From Nemertoderma westbladi (taxonomy: Eukaryota > Animalia > Xenacoelomorpha), in the NCBI GenBank assembly GCA_032718475.1, contig JAUCBJ010005087.1:1-64000 (forward strand): a stretch of 64,000 nucleotides of DNA, in the 5' to 3' direction. A program made the translations under genes and the position numbers. Position 1 is the stretch's first letter, and each line of letters opens with the position of its first letter. Positions 49,353 through 61,616 of the stretch are shown here, piece by piece. Under the pieces are notes generated by a model, which was given only the letters and a program-made list of their open reading frames with translations, made no database searches and had not been told where the DNA came from.

Positions 49353-50551
49353 TGTTCGCGCTTTTAGACCTTTAGCAGTTTAACCTGCCAAATTTAGGTG
49401 TCTTCTAGGTTATAAATCGACTTTAGCCTATGACAAGAATTTGATACACTACATTAGCCGAAGCCAGCCTATGCGCGACCATTCACCCACTGGATTTACC
49501 CGGGAGACTGGATTCGGAAGCTCTGACCTTATTGCGGTGTAGGCCTACTGTATTATTCGATTGATCGTTAATATATAATCTCTGACAAATATTATTCACT
49601 TTCGGGAAATATCAACAGTTCCTTTAGGACGTGGCGCTCTAAGTATATAAACAGAGTTATGACTTACACTAAACACAACAGGATGGCTATTGATTCACGT
49701 ATAAAGCGCATTCTTTAGGAGATGCTTTGTTATCTATCAAACTCATGCACATTACCGCACAATGCTGCACACCGATCTGCCGACCTTCACTAATTTTAGT
49801 CACATATAAAGAGAACAGCAACCGACACATGTAGGGCCTATGAAATAGCATTAGATTCACTCCAAAACCACTATAATGTAAGTCGCAATTGCTATATGTA
49901 ACCGGTCTCTCACCTTCAGTATATCAAGAAGATTGGGGTTTTATGATTATTTATCGATATTCTCCAAATATAACAATATTCCATCAAATAAACCATAATA
50001 ACCGACAGTAAATAGCAGTAAAATAATGCGGTGAAAGGTACGTTCTGGCATTTGAGTCTGACCAGTTCGGTTTGTGATGTGCTATGCATTATGATATGGT
50101 TTGATAACAGTTATACGTTTCTATGATCAAAGCCGTTCTAATGTTTGGCTAAAGTCTGAAACACAGAATAATTCCACAGCCGATGTTCTGGCATCATGAA
50201 AAAAGGTAAACAAAGACCATAATGCATTGCGCGATTTCCCGGAGGCTTCTGTACAAATAAAATGAAAATCGCTCTGATTGGTCGACAGAACAAAGAACAA
50301 AGAAAAAGTTACACGTGGACATATCAGCTGATAGATGTCGTCATCTGAACTTACACTGTATCAAGAGTATTTTGGCGTATTGCGACATAAAATCGCTAGT
50401 TATGTCCGTTAAAGTACACATACAGAAGAAATGGCTTTTTATGTCCACTAAAACACCGGTACAGTAAGGAAACGGCTTTTTATGTACGCTAAAACACCTA
50501 CAGAGTACTTTGCGGGGAAAATGACTAGCTAATTCCGCAAAAGCCTTTACA
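49353..50551 (-). repeat. 5' LTR of element 2
   Basis: Direct repeat of 34394-35592 (offset 14959). Confidence 0.95.
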
Positions 50552-52113
50552 TCCGTTCAGAGACTTCCTGAGGACTTTCAAAGTTAATTGTCAAAATTTA
50601 GGTCTTTCTGGAGTTAATAAAACGACCAACACTAGAAGCAGCATGTTCTAATGAGCTGAGGAGCCGTTGGGCTCCCTCTAGTGATTCTGAGAGTACTCCT
50701 AAGCCATCAGCAAAGTCTAGATCAGTTAGGTACTTGGCAGGATTTCCTCGACTTCTGGAGCCAGTAGGTGGAGTTATCATCACCCCATCATCATTATGAT
50801 GATCTAAGGACATGCGTAGAACATAGTCAACAACAATTATGAACAAGAATGGTGCAAGTGTGTCTCCCTGGAGGACGCCCCATAACACTTCAAATGGTTC
50901 TGTGTCACCGTCAACAGTAGACACAAATGTTGTCGAACCATCGTATACTGATCTGATTGCTGCAATAATTTCATCAGGAATCCCATATAATGAAAGTATG
51001 CTGAACGTGAACATACGTGAGTGAGAGACTGAATCAAAGGCCTTGAAGAAGTCAAAAAGATAACAGCCAGATGCCTGTCTTTATTTTTGATAACTCTTCA
51101 ATTATCCTTCTAAGTGCCAAAATGGGCTCCATGGTCCCACGACCTTTACGGAACCCATTCTGATTTCCACGGAGCAGTCTCTCAATGGGATCCCTGATGC
51201 GATTTAATAGAATTCTATTGTATAGCTTTGCAGCAATCGAGATCAATGAGATTCCCCGAAAAGAACCATAGAGTGTTAGGTTGCCCTTCTTGGGAACTGG
51301 CACCAACTTATTTGTTTTCATTTCTTGTGGGACTCTTGTTGTTCGGTACATGTCTACTACAGTATGATGGGATAGATGAGCTTTAAACACTCAGGTATTT
51401 TAAAGACCTCAGGGTGAACACCATCTAATCCACTGGCACGATTGGTCTTAAAGCTCTTTGCAGCAGCCTTCACTTCTGCAAAGGAGATATCACCAATGGG
51501 AATATCTGGGAGTACAGACTCAGACACTTTTACTTCTATAAAGTTATCAGCCCAATACCCTGTCATTATTGAGGAGCTTTTCAAAGTGGGCCTTCCAACC
51601 ATTGAGGCGATCGGCTGGTGATTGGTGATTCAGCCTTAACCTTGGTGGTTGGTTGGCTTTTTCGACCAGCAAGCAAGTTGATCGATCTCCATGCCTGGGG
51701 TGATTGCCTGCTGTTGTCAGCATCATTGATGGCATCAACCTGTTGGTTTATTAGCTCCTGTAAATTAACAGAGTACTGCCTGTTCAGGGACCTAGATGCA
51801 GCCTTAACGGCATTCTTGGCCTCTGTAGTCTGTTTGAGTCGGGACTCTTTCTGCGCCTTGTAGAGGTCATTTCGGCACTTTTGAATTTTGTTGTCAGTCA
51901 AGGGGGCCCGTTTTCTGTTTCGAGGGTATACAGGAACTGTTTCTGCAGCTGCTAACTTAACTGCCTCTGTGAAGGCAGTATAGCCCTCACAGTGATCTGC
52001 CGCCCCAGAGGCAAGAACCTCATACCTGTTGCTCAGCTGTAGTGTGAAGCTGCATCTCACACTTGGCTGTTGCAACAGAGAGGACCAGTCATGCCGCGGC
52101 AAAGCAGATTTCG
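50552..52113 (-). mobile_element. 5' part (5'-truncated) of the RTE-type LINE split by element 2
   Basis: FTLQLSNRYEVL, RASGLDGV, VPVPKKGNL...FRGISL, QNGFRKGR, GVLQGDTLAPFLF and DLDFADG, with frameshifts. Confidence 0.9.
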
Positions 52114-53256
52114 ATATTTGTATCAGGTTGCTAAATAATAATCCGTATTTGTATTTCCACTTTTATTAAAGGATATACTGTATATAGAGAGTTTGATTTT
52201 AGTGGTTGTCCAGTCCACTGCATTTATTTTTTTCAAATGGAAATTGTTCATAATTCCTCTCCAATGTACCTACAGTACCTTAGAAAGTAACTAGAAATCA
52301 TAACATCGACTTATAAATGAGGAATGCTAGGCCTATGATGAATGCAGATTAAGATCCAAGTATACCATCGGAGGTCAGAGATAGGGGGTCAGTAGGCTAC
52401 GGGATTACCCAACATGCACAGGGGCCCCACCAGTTTATCACACACACCTGATCTATCATACACAAGATAGTGCGGGGGGGGGGGGGGGGGGTGCACAACG
52501 CCTTCCAGTCTTCAGCCTGTTCTGAGGGGGGTTGTAATAATAAATACCACCCCTTTTCTTTGCTTAGGGCTGGCATCTTTAATCCAATCTTACTCTTGTT
52601 CTATACATGTGGTATTTCTATTTGTTCTAACGCTGTGTGTACAGTAGGAGCCCGAAGTACTACCTGTAATATTGGTAAAACTACTAGAGCTGGTAATATT
52701 GTAAGCATCTATTCAAAAAAAATATCGATTTTAACAATATATTATTCTACTTTGTATCTTTCTATGTGCTGGAAAAAAGGTTGTCAGTTTTGGTTTAGTA
52801 TTTCTGTGGATGGTTCTTGTTCGGCAGGTGTCCAAGACAGGTTACGCATATTGGAGGTACCGGTGTACCGGTAGGCCTACCGAATATAGTGCATAGGGTT
52901 ACCGCTTCATCATACAATAGATAGGCTCTCGCTGGGATTCCAATATTTATTCTTGACCATATCTTATTGCTATTGTATGTATACGGATAGGCTTCTTAAG
53001 TGCTTCACCAACCTTTTCTACGGCTTAGAGTTAGCATGGTGTGCTATTAAGTACAGCTTGTATTATAACAGTTTAGTTATTGTGACGTATGTACGGATGT
53101 AGTTTCAAATCTTATCAAAATGTTTTTATAAAATGAAGCGAAGCAAAATTACTAGAAGCTGAAAAAGTATTATTCTTCTATTTCTATCGATTACTTATAT
53201 TTAATCAGCTGTGGGTTACATTTTATGAAGATCTCTGTTGCAGTTTATTTCATGGC

Positions 53257-53517
53257 CGCTTTGCAGGACATTGCTTTCGCCGTGAGGACCAGCCAGTGCA
53301 TAATCTTGTACTTTGGCAGCCTCATGGAGTGAATAAGTATGGTGGACAGCCCATGACATTCTTGAGACGCATCTTAAAGGACACTGGCCTTGAAGATGCG
53401 GATGATCTAGCAAATGTCATGGGTGATAGGGAGTTGTGGCGGTGCAATTTTGTCGATAAGCCGGCACAGCATTCTTAAAAATACAGCTGCAATGCAGCAT
53501 GCCGATCCTAGTAGTAG
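53257..53517 (+). mobile_element. Short 5'-truncated copy of the same RTE LINE
   Basis: Near-identical to the reverse complement of 33733-33993; 12-bp TSD TTATTTCATGGC at 53245-53256 and 53518-53529. Confidence 0.92.
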
Positions 53518-54133
53518 TTATTTCATGGCTGAGTTAATTTATTAGTCTTTGAAACGATCTTTCCTTCTCTTGGGGTTTCTTTTTTTCTCTTCGAATTCAT
53601 CGAGTCGATGGTATGGACCGACCAGCTCCAATACAATTCACACTTCACACTAGAACGTGCGAGAATTCGAAACGCGAAGAAACCTTGGCTCACAGACAGG
53701 CTCCACAACACAGCAATGAGGAAACGTGATATATAATTTTGTACATAAACAAACAAGAATCCCGCCCACTTCAAAACATCTCATTGCATTTAAAATTTAC
53801 AGGAACATATTAGATGCCTTATTGGGTTCGGCGAAAAAGAATCACACATTGAAATTGTACATATGGTTGTGTCTTAGTTACAGTAGTTCTTATAATGAAT
53901 CGTTTCCCGCCAATTTCGTTAAAACTTTTATGATTTTCATGTACAGTATGTATGCCAATATGAATTAATTTATTATTGGTGTTATGGGTGTATGTATCCC
54001 CAACCCTACCGTGAATACGGTAGTGTTGAGCAAAGTGGCAACATATTATGGTATTCACAGTTGGGAGGCCATGAGGAGGTAAATTACGGACATACAAGGT
54101 ATCAGATAGTATTTCCAGGTCTATCTTTTACCT

Positions 54134-54215
54134 GTGCCGCTAGCTGAATGGTTAGAGCGTCAGACTTCCAACTCGGAGGTCTCCAGTTCGATCCCACCTG
54201 GACGTCTTTGCCGAC
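54134..54215 (+). other. tRNA-like head (SINE or tRNA pseudogene)
   Basis: TAGCTGAATGGTTAGAGC (A-box/D-arm), CTTCCAA loop and AGTTCGATCCC (B-box). The acceptor stem does not pair properly. Confidence 0.5.
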
Positions 54216-54726
54216 TTTGCAAAAGCTGTACCCAACTAAAAGTCCATAATAATATGAATTAATGAATGAGGCAGTAGTAATTTATGACTTTACTGTAGGT
54301 ATAAGTGGTGGTATAAGTGAAAATCTTTCAGATCATTCACCAGTACAGCTACAAACCATTGTACATGTACATAACTACTGTACCACACAATCCTACGATA
54401 AGCCGAAACCAACATGCAGCCATACACTTAACAGTCACTTAGCAGCCATATATTAAACAGTTTTATTGGGCAAGGGCATCAAAGGATTCTATAGCCCTGT
54501 ACGTACAGGGACGATTGGATAACTAGCATCTAACAACTCTTAGGGATAACATGCATAAAGACTGTTCAAATTTGTCCCCATCTGACTTAGATTTATTTCG
54601 TGAAACAAACAAACAATATTCTAGAAAACTCTGCACCATACCAGACACATTAAGTTGCTAAAACGCATAGGAAACTGTCAAAGAATACAAGTAATGACAA
54701 ATAAAAAAGACAAAAAAGACAAATAA

Positions 54727-56340
54727 TGTGGGGCGAGCCACGAAGTGAGTGAGCCTTAGCGTAGTGGTACCATTAATCAACCTGTCGTTCTGTCGTTCTG
54801 TCGTTCTGTCGCGTCCAATTTTAAACGTTAATAACTCAGCCAATCTTTCATGAAATCTATCCAAACTTGGTACACATGTTGTTTGGCAAAAGTTTAGAAA
54901 TTTTCCAAGTAGAATTTCCGTGTGGCCTTCGAGAAGCTAAGATAATAGCAGTTAATTAGTTAATTAAGTTGATTACGGTAAAAACACCATTTTCAACCTG
55001 CCTGTTAAAGGAAATTAATTGTTTTACAGTATAAGATTTAAATAATTATACTTAAAAATTATACAGATGTAATCCACATACGCCATTCTATTATAGTTTT
55101 TAATTAGTTCAAGTGATTTGCTTTATTAATTGTGTCTTTAATTGATCTAAAGTAATTAAAACGTCATAAAAAATTTATTCTCATTAAATACTGCTCATTT
55201 ATTGGCTAACATGCTGGTACGATGGAAGGATGTGTGTGTAAGGCAGCTAGTGCTGGGAATGATTATTGGTCAAGTCTCTGCTGGTGTGGAGCTAGCTGGG
55301 AGTTGTGGCTGTAGACTAACCAGAGAGAAATTGTAATAGGCAACCAGTATTGCTATTCCAGCCCAGGCAGCATTCCAACATCCCAACATCCTTCCTGTAT
55401 TGACTCTACTATAAGTGTTGTATTGCTATCTCAGGTAAATGACAGATATAATAACATAAATACCATCCATGGCATGGCTGTTGTGTAGGCTTATCTGAAA
55501 TAGTTTATTCCACAATGTATATGTCTGGTTATTTTTTAATTGAATTTTTGCAAAGTAGTAAAATTAATGTTCTTAAAAATAATATTATTATTTTATATGT
55601 AACCTAGGAAATTAGCTACATTTTTTCGCTGCAGCTTTAAGAGTGTACATTGATTTAATATTATTTCAATACCCATATTACTACATCGGCATAAGATGCG
55701 TTGGCGTTGTATCACACATCTCCACATATCACACATCTCCACATATCACACATCTCCACATAGATGTATCGCACAGTTTCGAAACTTCGCATAGTTATAA
55801 CTGTATAAAGATCGTCAGTCTGCGTTTAGGAAAAATATTTTATGACAAAACAGGACAAGCGACGAGCGCAACGAGGCATATAATGAAGACGAGTACCTCG
55901 TTGACTAAATTATTATATAAACCACCTGGCTTCACATATTGATCGCATCCCTAATTATTATTATTATAAATATCGTCAGCCTGCGTTTAAGAAATATATT
56001 TAAATACAAAACAGGACGAACGCAAAGAGGCTTATAATGAAAACGAGTACTGCGTTTATTATATTCCTATAAACCACCTGGCTTTGCATATTTAACGTGC
56101 GATTGGAAATAAGTTCGTGCTACCCTTCCGTGGGTGGTAGATGTCCCGGTTATGTATTGGTGGTTGGGAAGGTTGGGGGGGGGGGGGGGGGGATTAAAAG
56201 GGGTGAACACGTACTGTCCCCCTTTCTTTGATTGATTGGTGGTGTGGGTAAATTTCTCAAAACCTGATTTTGTGATACAGTCGCTCAATTTTAATTTGTA
56301 TCTAATAACTGGGCCTCGTGCTGCGCGAAGGCCCCACGAA
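54727..56340 (-). mobile_element. HINE/Helentron-like element with the same termini as 10127-11393 but a different interior
   Basis: Reverse complement begins GTGGGGCCTTCGCGCAGCACG and ends with (GACAGAAC)n...GCTAAGGCTCACTCACTTCGTGGCTCGCCCCACA. Confidence 0.6.
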
Positions 56341-56559
56341 CGTGTACTAAAGGATTATAGTAACACTAATAAGTTTGGAAATGCTGTGGAAAGAAAAGTG
56401 ATGACCCATCGAAATCAATGAGGCACGCAAGGCAACGCGCCGCTTAAGGAACCATGTACAGAAAGGTTTTATCAATGAAATTTTAAGCTAATAAATTAAT
56501 AAAATTAATAAATTAATAAATTTAGCATAAACTCGCGTTATAGAAACCCAAGGTAATTC

Positions 56560-57010
56560 TGGCAAAGAGTTTCGCCATTTATATGTGTCAGGTTGACATC
56601 GACAGTGCTTTTGATGGAGTAGATGACAACACTTTATTCTCCCGCCTAAAAATCAACATAAATCACCACATATGACGATTGCTACTGAAATACTGTGAAA
56701 TAATGTTTCCTACAATTTGGCTGTCTAGTAGATTACAGTGGATTCAGGATAAAAGTAGGATTGAGACAGGGATTCTTAATCTCGCCAGTTTTGTTCAATT
56801 ACTACAGTACATGTTTATGTTGCCTTAAACGATTCTGGACTCGGTTGCGTGGTACTAAATGAATGGATTAGTATTATTGGTTACGCCGATGATCTTCTGC
56901 TTTTTAGCCCAATACAAGCAAACATGGTAGAGTTGGTTAACCTTGCCTCAAAGGAGCTGGATAAACTCAGCTTATCTATAAATAAAAAAGAAACAGGTAA
57001 AACCTCGAGT
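56560..57010 (+). pseudogene. Old non-LTR retrotransposon RT fragment
   Basis: VDIDSAFDGVD, GLRQGFLISPVLFNYY and IIGYADDLLLF. Confidence 0.75.
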
Positions 57011-57889
57011 CTTACACCCCACAAACTAACAAAAAACATAGAATCAGGACATTAACGACCAAAATAGTACTCAGCCACTAGAGCCATCAAAAACCACAAA
57101 CAATACAAACAAACAACAACATAAACAAAACAACAAACAAAATACACAAATATTTTAATTCAGCTCAACATAGGCCTACAGGTATGTATCGCACCCTAAC
57201 CCTAAGCCCAACCGCCATACACTAAATGATACCGATATTATACTGCACAAATAGTATTAGACTTTCTAGGACATATTACTACATAAGGCTGTAAGGTGGA
57301 TAGCAAGTACTTTATCACAATTTTTAAGAGAACCAAATAGAGGGTATATCGCTTACCGACTTGGAGATAACGGAGACCGACTTGCTCTCTTCTATATATA
57401 GGTAACTATGTCAACAACAACAATACCATATCCTTGTTATTTCACACCAACAGATTCTCAACCATAGGATTCTTGCGGAGTACTGTAGTGTGCAGTTAGT
57501 ACCGTAGAACGTGTTAAGATTTGTCCAAATCATCTAAATTAAGAGATTTGTTTGTTTCTTTGTCTCCATTAATATGAACACTAAATACACTGGTTTAAGC
57601 AGCGCATACCGTGTACCGCTAAAAAGAGATTTAACCTCCCAGAACTCTCATCCTTCATTGATTGCAATTATTATGACCCTGCCAATACAGTATAAGAGAG
57701 CGTTGCGTTAGCGTCAATGCGATTCAAAGCAAGTGGATTGCTAATTATAGTTTTTTTTAGTGCGATTTCATTCACTAAGGCAACAGATACAGTATATCCG
57801 AATTGTACACTGACACATTTGAATTTTACGTCGAATTTCCCCTGGAGAGGAATGAATTTTTATTGCGTCCAGTTTCCCCCATCTGAATA

Positions 57890-58780
57890 CACCATGTCCT
57901 GGAATATAGTGTCGTTATTCAAGTACCTGAACACCCCAGCCCAATTTTTTCGACAAATCTTAATAAGATTGCATGAAATTTGAAACAGTGATAGTTTTAC
58001 CCCCCTCCTTGCTGGGTGAGCCAGAATTATTATTTTTGCTTTCATTCTTTAGATACAAGCGTTTGAAAAAGGTGTCTCCGGTGATATTTTACCAGTTACA
58101 CTGCAGTTATTCATGAACCTTATCGTTGGTAGAAATAGAAAGCTAACCATGCAAGGATTCCAAAAATGTAAAAATATTTGAATTTGGTTGGGAAATAGCT
58201 GAGATATGAGCGTTCAAAAGTTGCATGGTTTTACACCTGCGCGAGGCTGTTTTATTCTATTAACTAAAAACACAATATTCTAGAACATTTTGTTTATGTA
58301 TAAATAGCTACACAATAGTATGTTTAAAGAAACATTACATTGTTACCCAGCTACGTTTGGGATAAACAAAATGTTCCAGAATATGATGTATTTATTAAAT
58401 AGAATAAATGGCGTGCAGGGGAAGGAAATCCATGCAATTTTCGAATGCCCATATCTCGGCTATTTCTCAACCAAATTGAAACGTTTTCACATTGCTGGAA
58501 TCCTTGCACGGTCCGCTTTTATTGGTACCAACATAACGTGATAAGGTTCAAGAATAACTGCAGTATAACTGGTGAAAAATCACAGGAGACACCTTTTTCA
58601 AACGCGTGTAGCTAAAGATTAAAACCAAAAATATAAATTCTGGTTCACCCAGCAAGGAGGAGGGAGGTGAAACTACAGTATCTCTGTTTCAAATTTCATG
58701 CAATCTCATTAAGATTTATAGAAAAATTTGGGGGAGGGTCCAGGTACTTGAATAACGACACTATATTCCAGGACATGGTG
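57890..58780. mobile_element. Fold-back (almost wholly palindromic) Tc1/mariner-type MITE
   Basis: TA|CACCATGTCCTGGAATATAGTGTCGTTATTCAAGTACCTG ... reverse complement ...GGACATGGTG|TA; arms pair over about 400 bp. Confidence 0.88.
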
Positions 58781-60079
58781 TATATAACGTGTAATATATA
58801 GACGGCGATAGATATCGATTGGATATAGACGGATAGACGGATATAGATTGGCGAATTAATATCCCGCTTCAATGTTAAATTCTCAATTTAGGGAAAGGAG
58901 CAGGTTACAGTGGCACGTTATTTTAACCAAAACAATAAACTAAACACAATAGAACAGGTTAAAGTTTTATTTTTGAGAGTATTCATCTGTTATTTGCGTC
59001 GAATTTCCCCTTGAGAGGGATGAATTTTTATTGCGTCCAGTTTCCCCCCCTATCTGAATATAAGGTACTGTATAATATATAACGCCATTTTTTTACGATT
59101 ACTAGAACAGTTTAATAAGCTTCATATTTTGTACCGTCGTATATTGTGGAACTGTAGAGAGCGCAGTCTCTCAACGTTTAATATTTTCATAAGTCAGTAC
59201 AGCAGTAAGTAAAACATAATAAGACATGCAGAAAGAATACAGTAGTGATAGGTACATACTGCAGTACTGGTGCGGTGGTACTCGCATAGGTCAGCTTGAG
59301 TTCAATTCCGGTTCGGTGACCCCTAATATATATATATGGCCACTACAGAACGTTATTTAACGTAACGTGTGATTTACTGTTGCCCTGTAAATTGGGCGTG
59401 GTCCAAGTTGTTAAATAAGTGTGTTCTTAACCGACTAGAATGTAATAACAACTACCAGGGGATTTCGTTAATCTCAACACTCGAATAATTTAGATATGTT
59501 AATAGCCGGGAGATTATTTTTATAATAGGTAAGGTAGCCTTCAAATCCAGAGAACAGAAGGTTGTGGAAAGAGGCTTGGAAGACTTATCTAAGTTACTAA
59601 ATTACCTGTTCAACTTACAGTAATTACCGACCAAGTATATGGAGAAGATGAATTCAACTAGCCATCAAAACCAGAAAACCACAGAGACAGAACAGATCGG
59701 ACTTTGGAGACCAAAGTTTATTTTGTACATTTTTTCTATTCGAAAAATTTTCAAAATTTTACTACATTATAGTTGAGTATCTTCAAAATTGATCTCAAAG
59801 ATTCAGACAGTTTAGTCTCCTACTCTTGTAAGACTTGTATGTCCGCAATTTACCACATCATGGCTTCCCATCTGTCATACCATCATATACAGTACTAACC
59901 CTTCATGTGATAGGCCGGCATCGGTGATGTTATGGCACTGTTAATCTATGTGAACCTTTTCTCCATGCCTTTGTTGAAAGCCGTTTTTCAAAAAAAGTAA
60001 TTCCTGTGCGGTTGTGAGATTTATTCCCTTTAAACAAATAAATAGCGGACTGCTAGTTCAATAAAAAAAATATCTGACA

Positions 60080-60743
60080 AGTCTCGGACGCGACGGTGGC
60101 GGACCCACAGGCGCCCAGACGCTATCCGCCGGAGGCCGCACTGCAGAGGAAGCGGAAACTCTAAAGATCCGCAAGTACCAGGAACTCATGGACCGGGGCT
60201 ACCTCTTCCACCCGGTAGCCTACGAGACCTTGGGCCGCCCCGGCCCTGAAACATCCGAGTTCCTGAAGGTGATCGGGGCAAGACTCCACTCTGTTACCCA
60301 GGAGCCCCGATCTCACCGCTTCCTCCTGCAAAGACTGGCAATCGCCATCCTGGTCGGCAATGCGGCCTCCATTATGGGGACCGACCGTGGACCCCTCACT
60401 CACTAACAACGAGGGACTCTACGAGGTGGTCCATGGTCCCTAATACCCCCCCCCACCCGACGGAACAGACTTACACACCCCCCCCCTCCCCAATGAAACA
60501 GACTAACTTTCACCCCCCCCCCCCTAGCTTTCTTATTTTGTCATTCAATTATAGTAACTCATTTTAATTGTACTGTATATTTAGATATTAATATTGTGAT
60601 TTTTTCAGTCTCTGATTTGTGGTTACAAATGTGAGCCCCTTGGTGTGCAACCGCTTTGGCAGTTGGCCTCCAAATAAGGTAATGGAATATGGAATACCTA
60701 TCCCCCTCCCTCAGGCGACCTGGAAATAATAAACAAAAAAAAC
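60080..60743 (+). mobile_element. 3' end of a CRE-clade (restriction-like endonuclease) non-LTR retrotransposon
   Basis: AEEAETLKIRKYQEL...FHPVAYETLGRPG...LLQRLAIAILVGNAASIMGT, then a 3' UTR ending in AATAAACAAAAAAAA. Confidence 0.75.
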
Positions 60744-61616
60744 CCAAGCTAGTCCTGTCAGTTTCAGATGAAATCTATAAGATATGATTGTCTCAAGGGT
60801 AATGGTGTGAAAGACACATAAATTACAGTAGCTATCTATCAGTTGTGTGTGCTGAGAGAGTATGAAAAAAATGAAGGAAGGCCCACTTTCCCTACCCTAC
60901 CCTACCGGTATGTAATACAGTAGCTAACTAAATCACTAATATTTTAAGTATAACCGCATGTGACTGTTCGATATCTCGGACATGGTGAATGTGTGTAGGC
61001 CTGAAGTTTTGTTGCGTTTTACCGTAGTATACAGATTTATAACTCAAGATCTATAATCAAATACAGTAGAAGTAGAATCGTGACACAATTTATGTTCATT
61101 TGTGAAATATAAGTCCCTCCTACCACACTAATTCAGAATAAAACCATAAGGTGTACATTGAGTGAATTAACATACAGTATTAACTGCGTTGAATATTGAT
61201 TCACACTCACCACCGGTGCGTGAGCGGTTAACTACCCGTTGACAGGTAGTTCTGACTCAATGGTTAATATTGTGGTATTGAAGCGTTAAGCCAGCGGTAC
61301 AATACCCTGAGCCCGTTAACACTCAACGGTAAGCCCTAACGGTGCGGTAACTGGTCGTTTACAGTATATGTTCAGAGTTAATTCAACAGCCTAGACAATC
61401 ATGTAATTTACATTTCATAATGTACTGTATTTCAATCGGTTACGGTAAACCTCGCGGTGTACCGCACAACTACAGTAATTTAGGTCGTTCCCAGTCAACG
61501 GTAATCCTAAACCATTTACCGCTCAGATACCGCTCGTATACTACAGGGTCGTTCACACTCAGCAGTGAACCGTGCTGTTGGAGGCGAACGGGCCTTTAGG
61601 GAGGGTACAGTGTGGA

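Larger units (their letters stand above)
34394..50551 (-). mobile_element. Element 2: full-length 16.2-kb BEL/Pao LTR retrotransposon with disrupted gag-pol and an additional 3' ORF
   Basis: 1199-bp LTRs at 34394-35592 and 49353-50551 (about 20 differences by eye), TSD TCCGT (34389-34393 and 50552-50556), domain order Gag-PR-RT-RH-IN. Confidence 0.95.

Noticed and set aside
54134-54215. Functional tRNA-Gly(TCC) gene
   Set aside because: Acceptor and anticodon stems pair poorly and there is no clear Pol III terminator; better explained as a SINE head or pseudogene.
57717-57983. 88-aa ORF with a signal-peptide-like N-terminus
   Set aside because: Its 3' half runs through an interspersed repeat and a MITE TIR, so it is probably spurious.
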